A stretch of DNA of 40,256 bases from Bdellovibrionota bacterium (GCA_041739995.1 JBGSMV010000038.1:1-40256), one strand, 5' to 3'. Positions 27,192 to 37,101 are shown, numbered from the stretch's first letter. The notes: a model not told the origin generated them from the letters alone. Made by a program: numbers and translations.

Positions 27192-28811
27192 ATGTTTATG
27201 ACGAGGACCTGCCTGCTCCTGGCGATAGCTTCGTGTATTGGGTGCTTCTCTTCAGCCTCCGCATGCACGTTGCCGGCAGGCTATGAGCCTATTACCACCA
27301 AGGCACAACTTCAAAGTATCCGAACGTGCTACCCCAGTACATCGTGTCCGACTGATGCCGGTGTCTCGTATAACGACCGCCACTACATGGTGATGAATGA
27401 TATCGAGGTAGCAAACTTCGCGCCCATCTTCACTCAATTTCGAGGCAAGCTGATTGGTTGTCATGACAACCCGCCGGTGCTCAGAAATACCCGCATTGTC
27501 TCGGCTAGCGCTGGATATGTTGGCTTGTTTGCGCAGATTGCCGGTTCAGCGGAAATCAAAGATCTTGTGTTTGAGAACTTTGAAATCTCCGCTGCAGGAA
27601 ATGCCGCCGTGGTGGCGGCTCAGATGCTCGGAAACGCGCAGGTGCATCGGATTGTCTTTCGAAAAGCATCGACAAGTGATCTTGCGCGTGTTCGGTCCAC
27701 CGGCTCTCAAAGCACTGGAGGAAACGCGGCACTTGTAGCTGCATTCGCCGATCAGACGAGCGAGGGTAGCTGCCTTCCGTCGGTGGGACAGTCGAACGCA
27801 AGCTGTTTGAGCATTCGTGATATCACTATAACAGGTGTCACCGGCAGCAGCGGACCCGGCACGTTGCCGGAGGTGGAAGCGCTAAAGGGTAACGCGGGCG
27901 GCATCGCTGCACGCATGGCAGACGGCGTAATTTCTGGGGTTGTTGGCTCAATCGCAGTGAAAGGACACGAGAGTGCTGGCGGGATAGTGGCGTCGCTGTT
28001 TCCGGCCGAGGCGACCGGAGCCTTGATTGAGAATGTGCGCCTCTCTGCTGATGTAGAGACGCTCGAGTATGGAAATTTCCCCTGTTACCACGTTACGCAA
28101 CTTGCCTGCGGAAGCGCTGGCGGTGTTGTGGGAGTTACCACAGGGCCCAGCACTATTTATCGAAGTGGTATGACTGGTTCCGTGCGTGCTCATCTGTTTG
28201 CGGGCGGTCTGGCCGGAAATATCGCGCACGCAGGCTCTGTCATTGAGAACTCATATGTGCAAAGCGACGTGCGGCAGCTGCATGCTTCGCAGCTAGAAGA
28301 CCAAGAGATTGGAGGCGCAGCTGGCATTGCAGGCAATGCCGCAGGGACGATGCGCTTCGTTTATTCGTCGGTCACCGGCTTAAGCGCCATGTTCGATCGC
28401 GCCAGTGCCTTTGTGTATTCGGCCGAATCTGGAGTAGCAGTCTATGATTCCTTCTATGACGCAGAGCTTCTCCCTAGTGCGCTGACAGGGCTCTCCCTGG
28501 GCGTGGGACTTCTTACCAATGAGCTTCAATCGGAACCAAGCTCGCCGCTATTCCCGTATGCTACGTGGAGCACGAGCATTTGGGGCTTCCAAGATGGAAG
28601 CTATCCTTTTCTACACGACAGCATGCCGTGCTATGTCGATTTCGATGGCAATGGCACTATTGGTGTCGAGGATATCTTTGCATTCTTAAGTTATTGGTTT
28701 GCGGTGAATCCACTGGCTGACGCAAACTCTAACGGGCAGGTGCAAGTGGATGATATATTCACGTTCCTCTCCTTGTGGTTTCTGGCCATGGCGGGCGGCG
28801 GAAGCTGCTAA
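27192..28811 (+). CDS. Secreted GLUG-repeat protein with C-terminal GC-type dockerin-like domain
   Basis: Signal peptide; YVGLFA and AGGIAA/AGGIVA/AGGVVG/AGGLAG repeats; tail CYVDFDGNGTIGVEDIFAFLSYWF...ADANSNGQVQVDDIFTFLSLWF...GSC. Confidence 0.8.
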   Translation: MFMTRTCLLLAIASCIGCFSSASACTLPAGYEPITTKAQLQSIRTCYPSTSCPTDAGVSYNDRHYMVMNDIEVANFAPIFTQFRGKLIGCHDNPPVLRNTRIVSASAGYVGLFAQIAGSAEIKDLVFENFEISAAGNAAVVAAQMLGNAQVHRIVFRKASTSDLARVRSTGSQSTGGNAALVAAFADQTSEGSCLPSVGQSNASCLSIRDITITGVTGSSGPGTLPEVEALKGNAGGIAARMADGVISGVVGSIAVKGHESAGGIVASLFPAEATGALIENVRLSADVETLEYGNFPCYHVTQLACGSAGGVVGVTTGPSTIYRSGMTGSVRAHLFAGGLAGNIAHAGSVIENSYVQSDVRQLHASQLEDQEIGGAAGIAGNAAGTMRFVYSSVTGLSAMFDRASAFVYSAESGVAVYDSFYDAELLPSALTGLSLGVGLLTNELQSEPSSPLFPYATWSTSIWGFQDGSYPFLHDSMPCYVDFDGNGTIGVEDIFAFLSYWFAVNPLADANSNGQVQVDDIFTFLSLWFLAMAGGGSC

Positions 28812-28913
28812 AGCGTGCGCCGGAAAAGGTCTGGCAGGGCGGTGGATGCCTTTTGACCTCATCGCGAGTGTACGATTCATAAATACCTAGGCAATGGCGA
28901 GCGGGGTGCGACG

Positions 28914-29066
28914 GAACACTAGCCGATGTTAGTTGGTCAGTTCAGGGAATTGCGTTACCCTACTATTTACGAGCAGTGAGAAGTGCACACTTCTCGGCCT
29001 CAACCAGTAAGAGCGCAGTCTTTGCCGGCCGCATGCGACAAGAAGACTAATCATCGGCTTTAGTTC
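28914..29066 (+). other. ~150-nt imperfect rod-like hairpin element
   Basis: Nested pairings AGCCGATG-TTAGT/ACTAATCATCGGCT, AGGGAATTGCGTT/AGCGCAGTCTTT, TACT/AGTA, GAGAAGT/ACTTCTC. Confidence 0.5.
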
Positions 29067-29096
29067 AGGTGAGATTGCGCCTGAGACCATAGGGAG

Positions 29097-29179
29097 AGAT
29101 TTCTAGAAAGTGGCACTGCCGCGCCCGAGTGGCGGCCTCCTAGAGAGATTGCCTTTCCAGGCAATCTTTCACACACTCC
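29097..29179 (+). repeat. Structured dispersed repeat family B, copy 2
   Basis: Matches 23289-23371; contains the perfect hairpin AGATTGCCT-TTCC-AGGCAATCT and ends TTTCACACACTCC. Confidence 0.75.
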
Positions 29180-29336
29180 GTGTGGGCAGCGTCCAAAATC
29201 GGGGCACCTGAGGACTACGGGCAGGAGACCAAACGATGCGAAACAATCGCCGCAAATCCTCGGGCCACTTGACGAGGCTCGGCTACCTGAATTTCGGTCT
29301 GCCGGCGCTGAGCTCCCCTTGGTTTTTGCTACGCAA

Positions 29337-31151
29337 ATGAACATCGCAAAACTTTCACTTTCCCCCATTGGGGCATTAATAACTGCCGGCATCACCCTGC
29401 AACTCGCGAGCGTGTCCGGCATGTACGCCGGGCTCTCTCACTATTCATTTTTTATTCTCTGGCTAACACACATCGGTGCCCTAAGCCTCGCCGCTGTGCT
29501 TTCACTCAAAGAGATAATTCGCTTTGCGCAAACTAGCCTAACGCCAAAGTCATCGTGGCTACTGCTGACCTGCTGCGCGCTGTGCTGGACTGCTGCGTTG
29601 ATACTGGGCTTTTTGCCAATCACTGCGCGCGACGCCTTAATTCACCACCTGGCGGTACCTAAATGGTGGATCAATGAAGGCCTCATCACTCCTACTTCGT
29701 GGCACGACTGGTCCTTCTATCCAATGCTATTGCAAACTAGCTTTGCAGGGCTGATGCAAGCGGGTGGGCTTTCGCTTACTCCACTCTATCACCTGCTCTA
29801 CGCCATCATTCTCGCAGGCCTCTCTGGTAAACTCGCATCAGATCTTGGCGGAGAGCGCCATCGTCTGCCGGCAGTGTTTCTGTGCGCGTCGTTGCCGGTC
29901 GTTATTAAACTCTCCACGGTCCCTCTCGTAGATCTAGGGCTCGCTGTTTATTGCCTCGCCGCTTTGATTCTGGTGGTGAAGTGGTTTGAACGTCCCGACT
30001 GGATAACAAGCCTTAGTGCCGGAGCTGCTGTCGGGTTGGCGCTTAGCACGAAGCCAAATGCGCTGCTGTTTGTCGCGGTTCTTGTGCCATGGATCGCAGC
30101 GACCACCGCTCGAGTCGCAATGTCGGAGCGAGCCAGAATAAAGCCTCTAATAATTGGAGCTATTGTGGCAATCATTGCCGCAACGGCGGTCTTCTCCCCC
30201 TGGCCAATTCAGAATGCCGCACTGACTGGAAATCCCATCTATCCACTGGCTCAGAGTGTTGTTGGTCTCTCCCAAGTTACTACCCTGGATCAGGATAAGC
30301 CGCGCAAGCTCTCTCCTCTAGAAACGCGGCGCCTACTACATGGTGAAAGCTGGGCTCAAATTGCTCTTTTACCCATTCGAATTTTCATAGAGGGCCAAGA
30401 CGATAATCCCAAGCTCTTCGATGGAAGACTAAGCCCCCTGCTGCTCTTTGCCTTTGTGCTGCTGTTTTTGTCTCCAAAGAGCCGCGGTCTTACTTTTGTA
30501 CTTGGAAGCTGCCTGTCATATCTCGCCGTCGCTCTACTACTTACCGATACCCGCGTGCGCTACCTCGCTCCAATCTTTGGTCCACTGTGCGCACTCGCAA
30601 GCCTTGGAATTATGCGAGCGACCGATGGCAAGCGTCACGCGCCCCTTCTACTTGCGCTCCTGGCATTTGCTCAGATGGTATGGGCTGGAATCTACCTGGC
30701 TGGATTGGTGCGCCATGTCAGAGCGATTGAGTTTTTTAGTGGTAAGTATTCTCGCGAAGAATATCTCACGCGCGCAGTGCCCGAGTACACCCTTGCACGC
30801 GAAATGGCGAAATCACTGGACAGCAACTCAAAAACATACCTGGTACTTACGGGAAATCGGTTCTTTTATTTTGATACGCCAGTCGAATCGGCCGGGCATA
30901 CTTCAGCAGCGCAACTCCTTGCTTGGGTTAACGCTGCTCAAACTCCCGAGGAACTCGCCAGCACTCTTCGAGCGCAAGGCTTCACGAACTTGCTCGTGCA
31001 CATGCCTCGGCTTACAAAATTGGTCGAAGTATCTCTGAGCAGCTCCAAGCAGAAACTCTTGAAGGAGTTCTTTAACTCCTCGCTGATGCGGCTTTCTGAG
31101 CGTCGCGGCACAGTACTTTTTTCGCTCAACCCATCGTTTGAGCCGCAATAG
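29337..31151 (+). CDS. Polytopic GT-C fold glycosyltransferase (ArnT/PMT-like)
   Basis: DALIHHLAVPKWW, GLALSTKP, PW...N...TGNPIYP, RYLAP; many TM helices. Confidence 0.75.
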   Translation: MNIAKLSLSPIGALITAGITLQLASVSGMYAGLSHYSFFILWLTHIGALSLAAVLSLKEIIRFAQTSLTPKSSWLLLTCCALCWTAALILGFLPITARDALIHHLAVPKWWINEGLITPTSWHDWSFYPMLLQTSFAGLMQAGGLSLTPLYHLLYAIILAGLSGKLASDLGGERHRLPAVFLCASLPVVIKLSTVPLVDLGLAVYCLAALILVVKWFERPDWITSLSAGAAVGLALSTKPNALLFVAVLVPWIAATTARVAMSERARIKPLIIGAIVAIIAATAVFSPWPIQNAALTGNPIYPLAQSVVGLSQVTTLDQDKPRKLSPLETRRLLHGESWAQIALLPIRIFIEGQDDNPKLFDGRLSPLLLFAFVLLFLSPKSRGLTFVLGSCLSYLAVALLLTDTRVRYLAPIFGPLCALASLGIMRATDGKRHAPLLLALLAFAQMVWAGIYLAGLVRHVRAIEFFSGKYSREEYLTRAVPEYTLAREMAKSLDSNSKTYLVLTGNRFFYFDTPVESAGHTSAAQLLAWVNAAQTPEELASTLRAQGFTNLLVHMPRLTKLVEVSLSSSKQKLLKEFFNSSLMRLSERRGTVLFSLNPSFEPQ

Positions 31152-31246
31152 AGGGGCGAGCCGGGACAAAGGCACAAGAATCTCAGGCCCTCCCATAACT
31201 CCAAGACTAGGTTGTTTTCACAGGTTTTTAGTGGGTTCTGTTGGCC

Positions 31247-32539
31247 ATGTCGCCGTTTCGACTTGCATTTGCGCTGCTAAGGATTCCGCGACTTTTTGCT
31301 GCACTCATTCTCTTCCCCTTACTTCTCAGCCTTCTGATTGTATTCGCCCAACTCGTGCTCACTACTGCGGCCTCTCGCTTTGCTGCGGTTGATAGCTCCG
31401 CTTTAGAACAACACTACGAGAGACGCAGAGAATCGGACCTCGGCAAACTTTTGGTTCTTGGCGACACAGCGCTTGCTCCACTGCAGATCTGTCGCTGGAA
31501 CGAGGTTCCTACGTCTGAGGGTCTTCGCGAAGTTCCACCGGGGCCACAATGTGCCCCCGATCGTCTGGACGCAGCACTCCATGTAGCCTCGCCCCACGAT
31601 TTTGATGCCAAGGACTATGTGCGCCTGCTTGACGGCTGGGTTGAGCGCCTACATGTGTGCAAATCTTGTCGTCCAGATATCGTGATTTCAATTGCGGAAG
31701 ACTCTATTCGCTCTGATGTATATAGCACCCAAGCACTTATTCTTTTGCAACTCTCAAGAAACAACCAAAGCGTTCAAGAACACTTCATAGCGGCGACACG
31801 AGAGCGCGATCAATTGCGCGCTCTGACCGGAGAAACTCACTTTCACTCTGTCGGACTGCGTTCTTCGATTAACCTAGATCAATCGAAGCGAATGTTGACA
31901 GTGATTGTAAACGTGGCGGGCTTGGTTATCGTCGCACTGTGGCTTGCACTTAAATCACACCGAAAAGTTCTCGACTACTTCGCAAAAAACGGCGCGCTAT
32001 TACCGATGGTTGCCGCTACAGGAAAGCGTTCCTTCTACGGCGCTCTGTGGGTGCTTACTATTCTGCGAGTTAGTGCTTTTTTGGCAGCAGCCGTACCACT
32101 GACTCTCTATGGCATTCATGAGCTTCTCGACTCAAGCGAAGATATTCCGGTCCTGTTTCCAGAGCGCGCCGAACTTGTTCTGTGGCTTATCGCGCTCACT
32201 TCAAGCTTTGCATTAGCGGCGCTGATTGCTTCGCTCGCCGACCTTAGGCACCGACACGAGCTGTTAAGTGTCCTGTACCGCTATGTACCGCTCGGATTTT
32301 GCATGCTTGGTACCGCATTATGGACTGCCACTTTTATCTTTGATGGTCCTCTATTTGGCACGATTCGCTCAGGAATTACCGCTCTTCCGATTCTAGGGAT
32401 GGGCCCAATTCTTGTTGCTCCCGCACTGAAACCAGAGCTTTCGGTTCTGGTGGTACATGGAGTGCTCACTCTCATTCTCCTAGGCTTCGCGGTCCGAGCG
32501 AATACGCGTTGGTTTGCTGCTCATCTGGATGAACTCTAG
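31247..32539 (+). CDS. Membrane protein, probable ABC exporter permease
   Basis: One TM helix, an extracytoplasmic domain with Cys residues, then about 5-6 TM helices; adjacent to an ABC ATPase. Confidence 0.65.
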   Translation: MSPFRLAFALLRIPRLFAALILFPLLLSLLIVFAQLVLTTAASRFAAVDSSALEQHYERRRESDLGKLLVLGDTALAPLQICRWNEVPTSEGLREVPPGPQCAPDRLDAALHVASPHDFDAKDYVRLLDGWVERLHVCKSCRPDIVISIAEDSIRSDVYSTQALILLQLSRNNQSVQEHFIAATRERDQLRALTGETHFHSVGLRSSINLDQSKRMLTVIVNVAGLVIVALWLALKSHRKVLDYFAKNGALLPMVAATGKRSFYGALWVLTILRVSAFLAAAVPLTLYGIHELLDSSEDIPVLFPERAELVLWLIALTSSFALAALIASLADLRHRHELLSVLYRYVPLGFCMLGTALWTATFIFDGPLFGTIRSGITALPILGMGPILVAPALKPELSVLVVHGVLTLILLGFAVRANTRWFAAHLDEL

Positions 32540-32549
32540 GGAAGAATTT

Positions 32550-33482
32550 ATGCAGGTTGAAGTCTCGTGCAAAAATCTTATAGTGAACTACGGAGTTCAC
32601 TGCGCGTTATCAATAGAGCACCTTACTCTTCGCGGTGGAGTCGTAGCACTGTTAGGACATAACGGTGCGGGCAAATCTACTTTGATGAAGGCGCTGCTCG
32701 ACCTTCTGCCACATCCTCCAAGATCACTACAGGTGCGTGGCCCCGATGGAGAACTATTCACGTCGTCATCGCATATGGCCTTCTGTCCCGAGACGGGTGC
32801 GATTTTTGAGGACATCTCTGTGGCGGAATACGTCGGTCTATGGTGTCGACTGAAGCACCACGATTCGAACTACTATCGAAAGGCAGGCCAGACCTACATG
32901 GAACTGCTCGAAATCTCTCCGTTATTGAGAAAGAAGGGCCGTGAGCTTTCGAAGGGTCAAAGACGCCGAGTCCAGACTGCTATCGGATTTTTGACCAAGC
33001 CGCGACTATTTTTGATTGATGAGCCGTTTGATGGGCTTGATGTTCAAAGAACTCAAGAATTAGCAGACATCATCCTCGCTCACCGAGAGTCTACTAGCTT
33101 CGTTATCTCTTCACATCGAATGGATGTGATGGAACGCCTCGCCGATGCAGCCTTGGTGCTTGAGCAGGGACTAGTAGCAACGGCGGGCAGCATTGAAGAT
33201 GTCTGCAAATCGCTTGCTGGATCGAATCTGCTCATCACTCACGCGGCGAATCCAACCCACCTATGTGAAATGTTAAAAGCGCAGCTACCGAGCGCGCTTG
33301 TTTCACAACTTGGAGACCAGGTTTCGGTAACCGGGCACACGCTAGATCCAGATCGAGTTAGGTCACTGGTCACGTCGGTCGACCAAAACGGCGCACGTCT
33401 TATAAATGGCCGAGCGTCTCTGACTGATGCGATGAGCATTCACCTGCGCGCAGCACACGCGCGCGCCGCCCCCAACAACTAA
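32550..33482 (+). CDS. ABC transporter ATP-binding protein
   Basis: Walker A GHNGAGKST, signature LSKGQ, Walker B LIDEP, H-loop SSH. Confidence 0.92.
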   Translation: MQVEVSCKNLIVNYGVHCALSIEHLTLRGGVVALLGHNGAGKSTLMKALLDLLPHPPRSLQVRGPDGELFTSSSHMAFCPETGAIFEDISVAEYVGLWCRLKHHDSNYYRKAGQTYMELLEISPLLRKKGRELSKGQRRRVQTAIGFLTKPRLFLIDEPFDGLDVQRTQELADIILAHRESTSFVISSHRMDVMERLADAALVLEQGLVATAGSIEDVCKSLAGSNLLITHAANPTHLCEMLKAQLPSALVSQLGDQVSVTGHTLDPDRVRSLVTSVDQNGARLINGRASLTDAMSIHLRAAHARAAPNN

Positions 33483-33754
33483 AGGCTATCTACCAAACCA
33501 CCAACTTCGTGCTTGCTGCTATGAGCACATGGTCCCCATCGTTGCACGTGCGGCCTGTGGAAAACTAGCTTAACTTACTGAACTTAATCTGCAAATACTT
33601 GGCCACGCTGTACATTCCATGAAAAGTATGACGACTTAATTTGCCTGGCGCCTCAGCGAAACCTGCCGGCCCTACTTGTGTTCCATCGAGCCCAGAGTAT
33701 TGTACAAGCATCTGAACTCGTTGAATTTATTGCGTGATTAGCTGTGCGGCGCTT

Positions 33755-34069
33755 ATGGCAAGAACTGCGCTCTCCACCCAGGAGGTTCTATCGCACCTAG
33801 ACTCACTGCCCGGTTGGACGTTCCTCGAAGGAAAACTACAGCGCGAGCTGATTTTCGATACTTTTGTAGACGCGTTTGCTTTCATGACGAAAGCCGCACT
33901 CGTATCTGAGCGACTTAATCATCATCCAAATTGGTCCAATTCCTATAACCGCGTGCTAATACAAGTTCTTACCCATGATGTGAACGCGGTAACTGAAACA
34001 GACCTGCGGTGGGTGCGGGAAGTGAACCGGTTTATTGAAGACAACACTCCGACTACTAGCGCGAAGTGA
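33755..34069 (+). CDS. phhB: Pterin-4-alpha-carbinolamine dehydratase
   Basis: LPGW, F..F..AFAFM, ERLNHHPNWSNSYNRV...THD....T..D. Confidence 0.9.
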   Translation: MARTALSTQEVLSHLDSLPGWTFLEGKLQRELIFDTFVDAFAFMTKAALVSERLNHHPNWSNSYNRVLIQVLTHDVNAVTETDLRWVREVNRFIEDNTPTTSAK

Positions 34070-34326
34070 TTAAATAAGTAGCGCACACGGCTTGCCAAGG
34101 TGTGCATAGTTAAAGCTTTAGAGGGTATAGTGTGTACCAGAACTTAAGCGAGTTTGAGTTTGCACGGGCACTAATATTCAGGTTTCTGATTTCTTGAAAA
34201 ATGGCCCAGAGCCGCCATTTTCCTGTCTTATTTCATGCTCCACACTATTTGTTGCTTGGCCTCGCGTCTGCTCGGCGAATATAGTAATTCGCATAGCTTA
34301 TGAGAATTACTATATAAGCAGGTTTC

Positions 34327-37101
34327 ATGGTCACGTTTCTCCTCAAGAAAGTCTTTGGCACCTCAAACGATCGTATCCTCAAGTCTTTGAAGCCACTCGT
34401 CACAAGAGTCAACGAACTCGAGCCGCGCTTTCAAGCCATGTCGGACACTGAGCTCAAGGGCCAGACGGCACTCTTCCGCGAACGCCTAGAGAGAGGCGAG
34501 TCACTCGATGACGTTGAACCAGAGGCATTTGCTGTCGCACGCGAAGCGGGCAAGCGTGTTCTTGGAATGCGGCACTTTGATGTGCAGCTAGTCGGTGGCG
34601 CGATCTTACATGACGGACGTATCGCTGAAATGCGAACCGGAGAAGGTAAAACCTTGGTCGCCACTTTACCAGCCTACCTCAATGCATTAACCGGAAATGG
34701 CGTTCATATTGTTACAGTCAATGACTACCTCGCTCGCAGAGACTCCGAGTGGATGGGCCGTCTTTATAACTTTCTCGGGATCTCAGTCGGCGTGGTCTAT
34801 GCCGGCATGGAAGAGTCAGAGAAGAAGAGTGCGTACCTAGCGGACATTACTTACGGCCAGAATAATGAGTTCGGCTTCGACTACCTTCGCGACAACATGA
34901 AGTTCTCGCTCGAGAGCATGTATCAACGCTCGCATGCCTTTGCGATCGTTGACGAAGTGGACTCCATTCTGATTGATGAAGCGCGAACGCCGCTCATTAT
35001 CTCTGGGCCCGCGGAAGACTCCTCTGAGCTCTACATCAGAATCAATAAAATGATTCCTCAGCTCGTTCGGGAGCAGCACTACCAGGTCGATCTTAAAACA
35101 AAACAACCTACCCTGAACGATGAGGGCATTGCTCTGGTCGAGCGCCTCCTCGCGGTCGATAACCTCTATGACCCGGGCAATATTGACCTAGTCCATCACG
35201 TCAACAATGCACTTAAAGCCCACTCTATCATGCAGCGCGACGTCGACTATGTCGTTCGTGACGGGGAAATCTTAATCGTTGATGAGTTCACCGGCCGACT
35301 CATGGCAGGGCGCCGTTGGTCAAACGGTTTGCATCAGTCAGTTGAGGCAAAAGAAGGGGTTCACATTCAGCGCGAGAATCAAACTCTCGCCTCTATTACC
35401 TTTCAGAACTACTTCCGCATGTACAAGAAGCTCTCCGGAATGACCGGAACCGCTGACACGGAAGCTGCTGAATTCAAGACCATTTACGGCCTCGACGTGG
35501 TGGTCATACCCACCAACAAGAAGATGGTGCGTATCGACGACAGCGACCGAGTCTTCCGCTCTCGAGAAGAGAAATACCAAGCCGCAGTTGAGGACATTGA
35601 AGAGATTCAGGCCACGGGCCAACCCGTCTTAGTGGGCACCATCAGCATTGAGCAAAGCGAACTCGTCGCTAAACTTCTCGAAGAGCGCGGAGTTCCGCAC
35701 AACGTCCTAAATGCCAAGCAGCACGAACGCGAAGCTGAAATTGTTGCTCAAGCAGGAAGACTATCGTCCGTCACCATCTCCACAAACATGGCAGGCCGAG
35801 GCACTGACATCATGTTGGGCGGAAATCCTGAACATCTCGCTGCTGAAGAGGCCGGCACTCGCGATCGAGACGATCCAGCTTATAAAGCAGCCCTCGAGAA
35901 AGCGCGCCTCGCCTGCGCAGAGGACCGCGAAAAGGTCGTCGCCGCTGGCGGTCTCTTTATCATGGGCACAGAACGCCATGAGAGCCGTCGCATAGACAAT
36001 CAGTTGCGTGGTCGATCGGGCCGCCAAGGCGACCCTGGGCACTCGCGCTTTTATGTGTCACTCGAAGACGACCTCATGGCGAGATTCGGTGGCGATCGCA
36101 TCCGTGCGATTATGGACCGAATCGGCTGGGATAAGGGCGTTGCAATCGACGGCAACTTAATTAGTCGCTCAATCGAAACTGCTCAGAAACGCGTCGAAGC
36201 CTTCCACTTTGAAGCGCGTAAACACGTGACCGAATACGACGACGTGATGAACAAGCAGCGTCAGGTGATATATGCACTTCGTCAAAAGCTTGTGCGCGGT
36301 GAGCATATCCGAGATTCAATCCTCGAAATGGCGGACGACTCCCTTGAGCGGGTGGTCCTTGATGTCTGCGACGAACGTGTTCGCCCACATGAATGGGATG
36401 TCGAAAAAGTTGCTTCGAGCTTTAAGACACTCTTTAACAGCTCTTCGATTAGTGCCGACGCGCTCCCCAGAGATCGCCAAGGCATGTACGACATCGTCCG
36501 CTCTAAGGCTCGTGAGCTTTACGAAGAACGTGTTCACGGACTAGACCGAAAGCTCAAAGCGCTGGATGCAATCTTTCGCGAAGAGCAAGCTCACGAAGAC
36601 GGGGAGTCAGACGAGCCTTCACCAAGCAGCCCTGTCACTGACAAGGGCTTCTTTGACTTTGAACAACACACGGTCCTAGAAACCCTCGACAATCTCTGGA
36701 ACAACCACATTCGAGAGATGGAACATCTTCGAGAGGGTATCGGCTTACGTGGATATGGCCAGCGCAATCCGCTGTACGAATATCAGCGCGAAGGCTTCAT
36801 CCTCTTCCAAGCCCTGCTCCAAACGCTGCATGAAAATGTCCTTCATCGCATTTTCTTCTCAGAACCTCCCGATCCAGATGCGCTAAGGGCGCAGTTGCGA
36901 GCGGAACGAGAACGCAGAGCAGCGCTCGAGAAACAAATGCAGATGACTCACGAAAGCTCGCTTGAACCCGGTGCGAACAAAGGCGAGCCTGGAAGTGGCA
37001 TGCCCAACGGTAATGGCTCATCCTCCTCCCAAACGATTGAGGATCGGCGTGCTAAGTTAGCAGCTCAGCGAAAGGCACGGCGTCGCTCAGGTAGATTATA
37101 A
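34327..37101 (+). CDS. secA: Preprotein translocase ATPase SecA (no C-terminal zinc motif)
   Basis: Motifs AEMRTGEGKT, VTVNDYLA, DEVDSILIDEARTPLIISG, TNMAGRGTDI, HESRRIDNQLRGRSGRQGDPG. Confidence 0.98.
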   Translation: MVTFLLKKVFGTSNDRILKSLKPLVTRVNELEPRFQAMSDTELKGQTALFRERLERGESLDDVEPEAFAVAREAGKRVLGMRHFDVQLVGGAILHDGRIAEMRTGEGKTLVATLPAYLNALTGNGVHIVTVNDYLARRDSEWMGRLYNFLGISVGVVYAGMEESEKKSAYLADITYGQNNEFGFDYLRDNMKFSLESMYQRSHAFAIVDEVDSILIDEARTPLIISGPAEDSSELYIRINKMIPQLVREQHYQVDLKTKQPTLNDEGIALVERLLAVDNLYDPGNIDLVHHVNNALKAHSIMQRDVDYVVRDGEILIVDEFTGRLMAGRRWSNGLHQSVEAKEGVHIQRENQTLASITFQNYFRMYKKLSGMTGTADTEAAEFKTIYGLDVVVIPTNKKMVRIDDSDRVFRSREEKYQAAVEDIEEIQATGQPVLVGTISIEQSELVAKLLEERGVPHNVLNAKQHEREAEIVAQAGRLSSVTISTNMAGRGTDIMLGGNPEHLAAEEAGTRDRDDPAYKAALEKARLACAEDREKVVAAGGLFIMGTERHESRRIDNQLRGRSGRQGDPGHSRFYVSLEDDLMARFGGDRIRAIMDRIGWDKGVAIDGNLISRSIETAQKRVEAFHFEARKHVTEYDDVMNKQRQVIYALRQKLVRGEHIRDSILEMADDSLERVVLDVCDERVRPHEWDVEKVASSFKTLFNSSSISADALPRDRQGMYDIVRSKARELYEERVHGLDRKLKALDAIFREEQAHEDGESDEPSPSSPVTDKGFFDFEQHTVLETLDNLWNNHIREMEHLREGIGLRGYGQRNPLYEYQREGFILFQALLQTLHENVLHRIFFSEPPDPDALRAQLRAERERRAALEKQMQMTHESSLEPGANKGEPGSGMPNGNGSSSSQTIEDRRAKLAAQRKARRRSGRL

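Noticed and set aside
28914..29066. Integron attC site interpretation of the long hairpin
   Set aside because: The ends do not fit RYYYAAC/GTTRRRY with correct spacers, and there is no integrase or cassette array.
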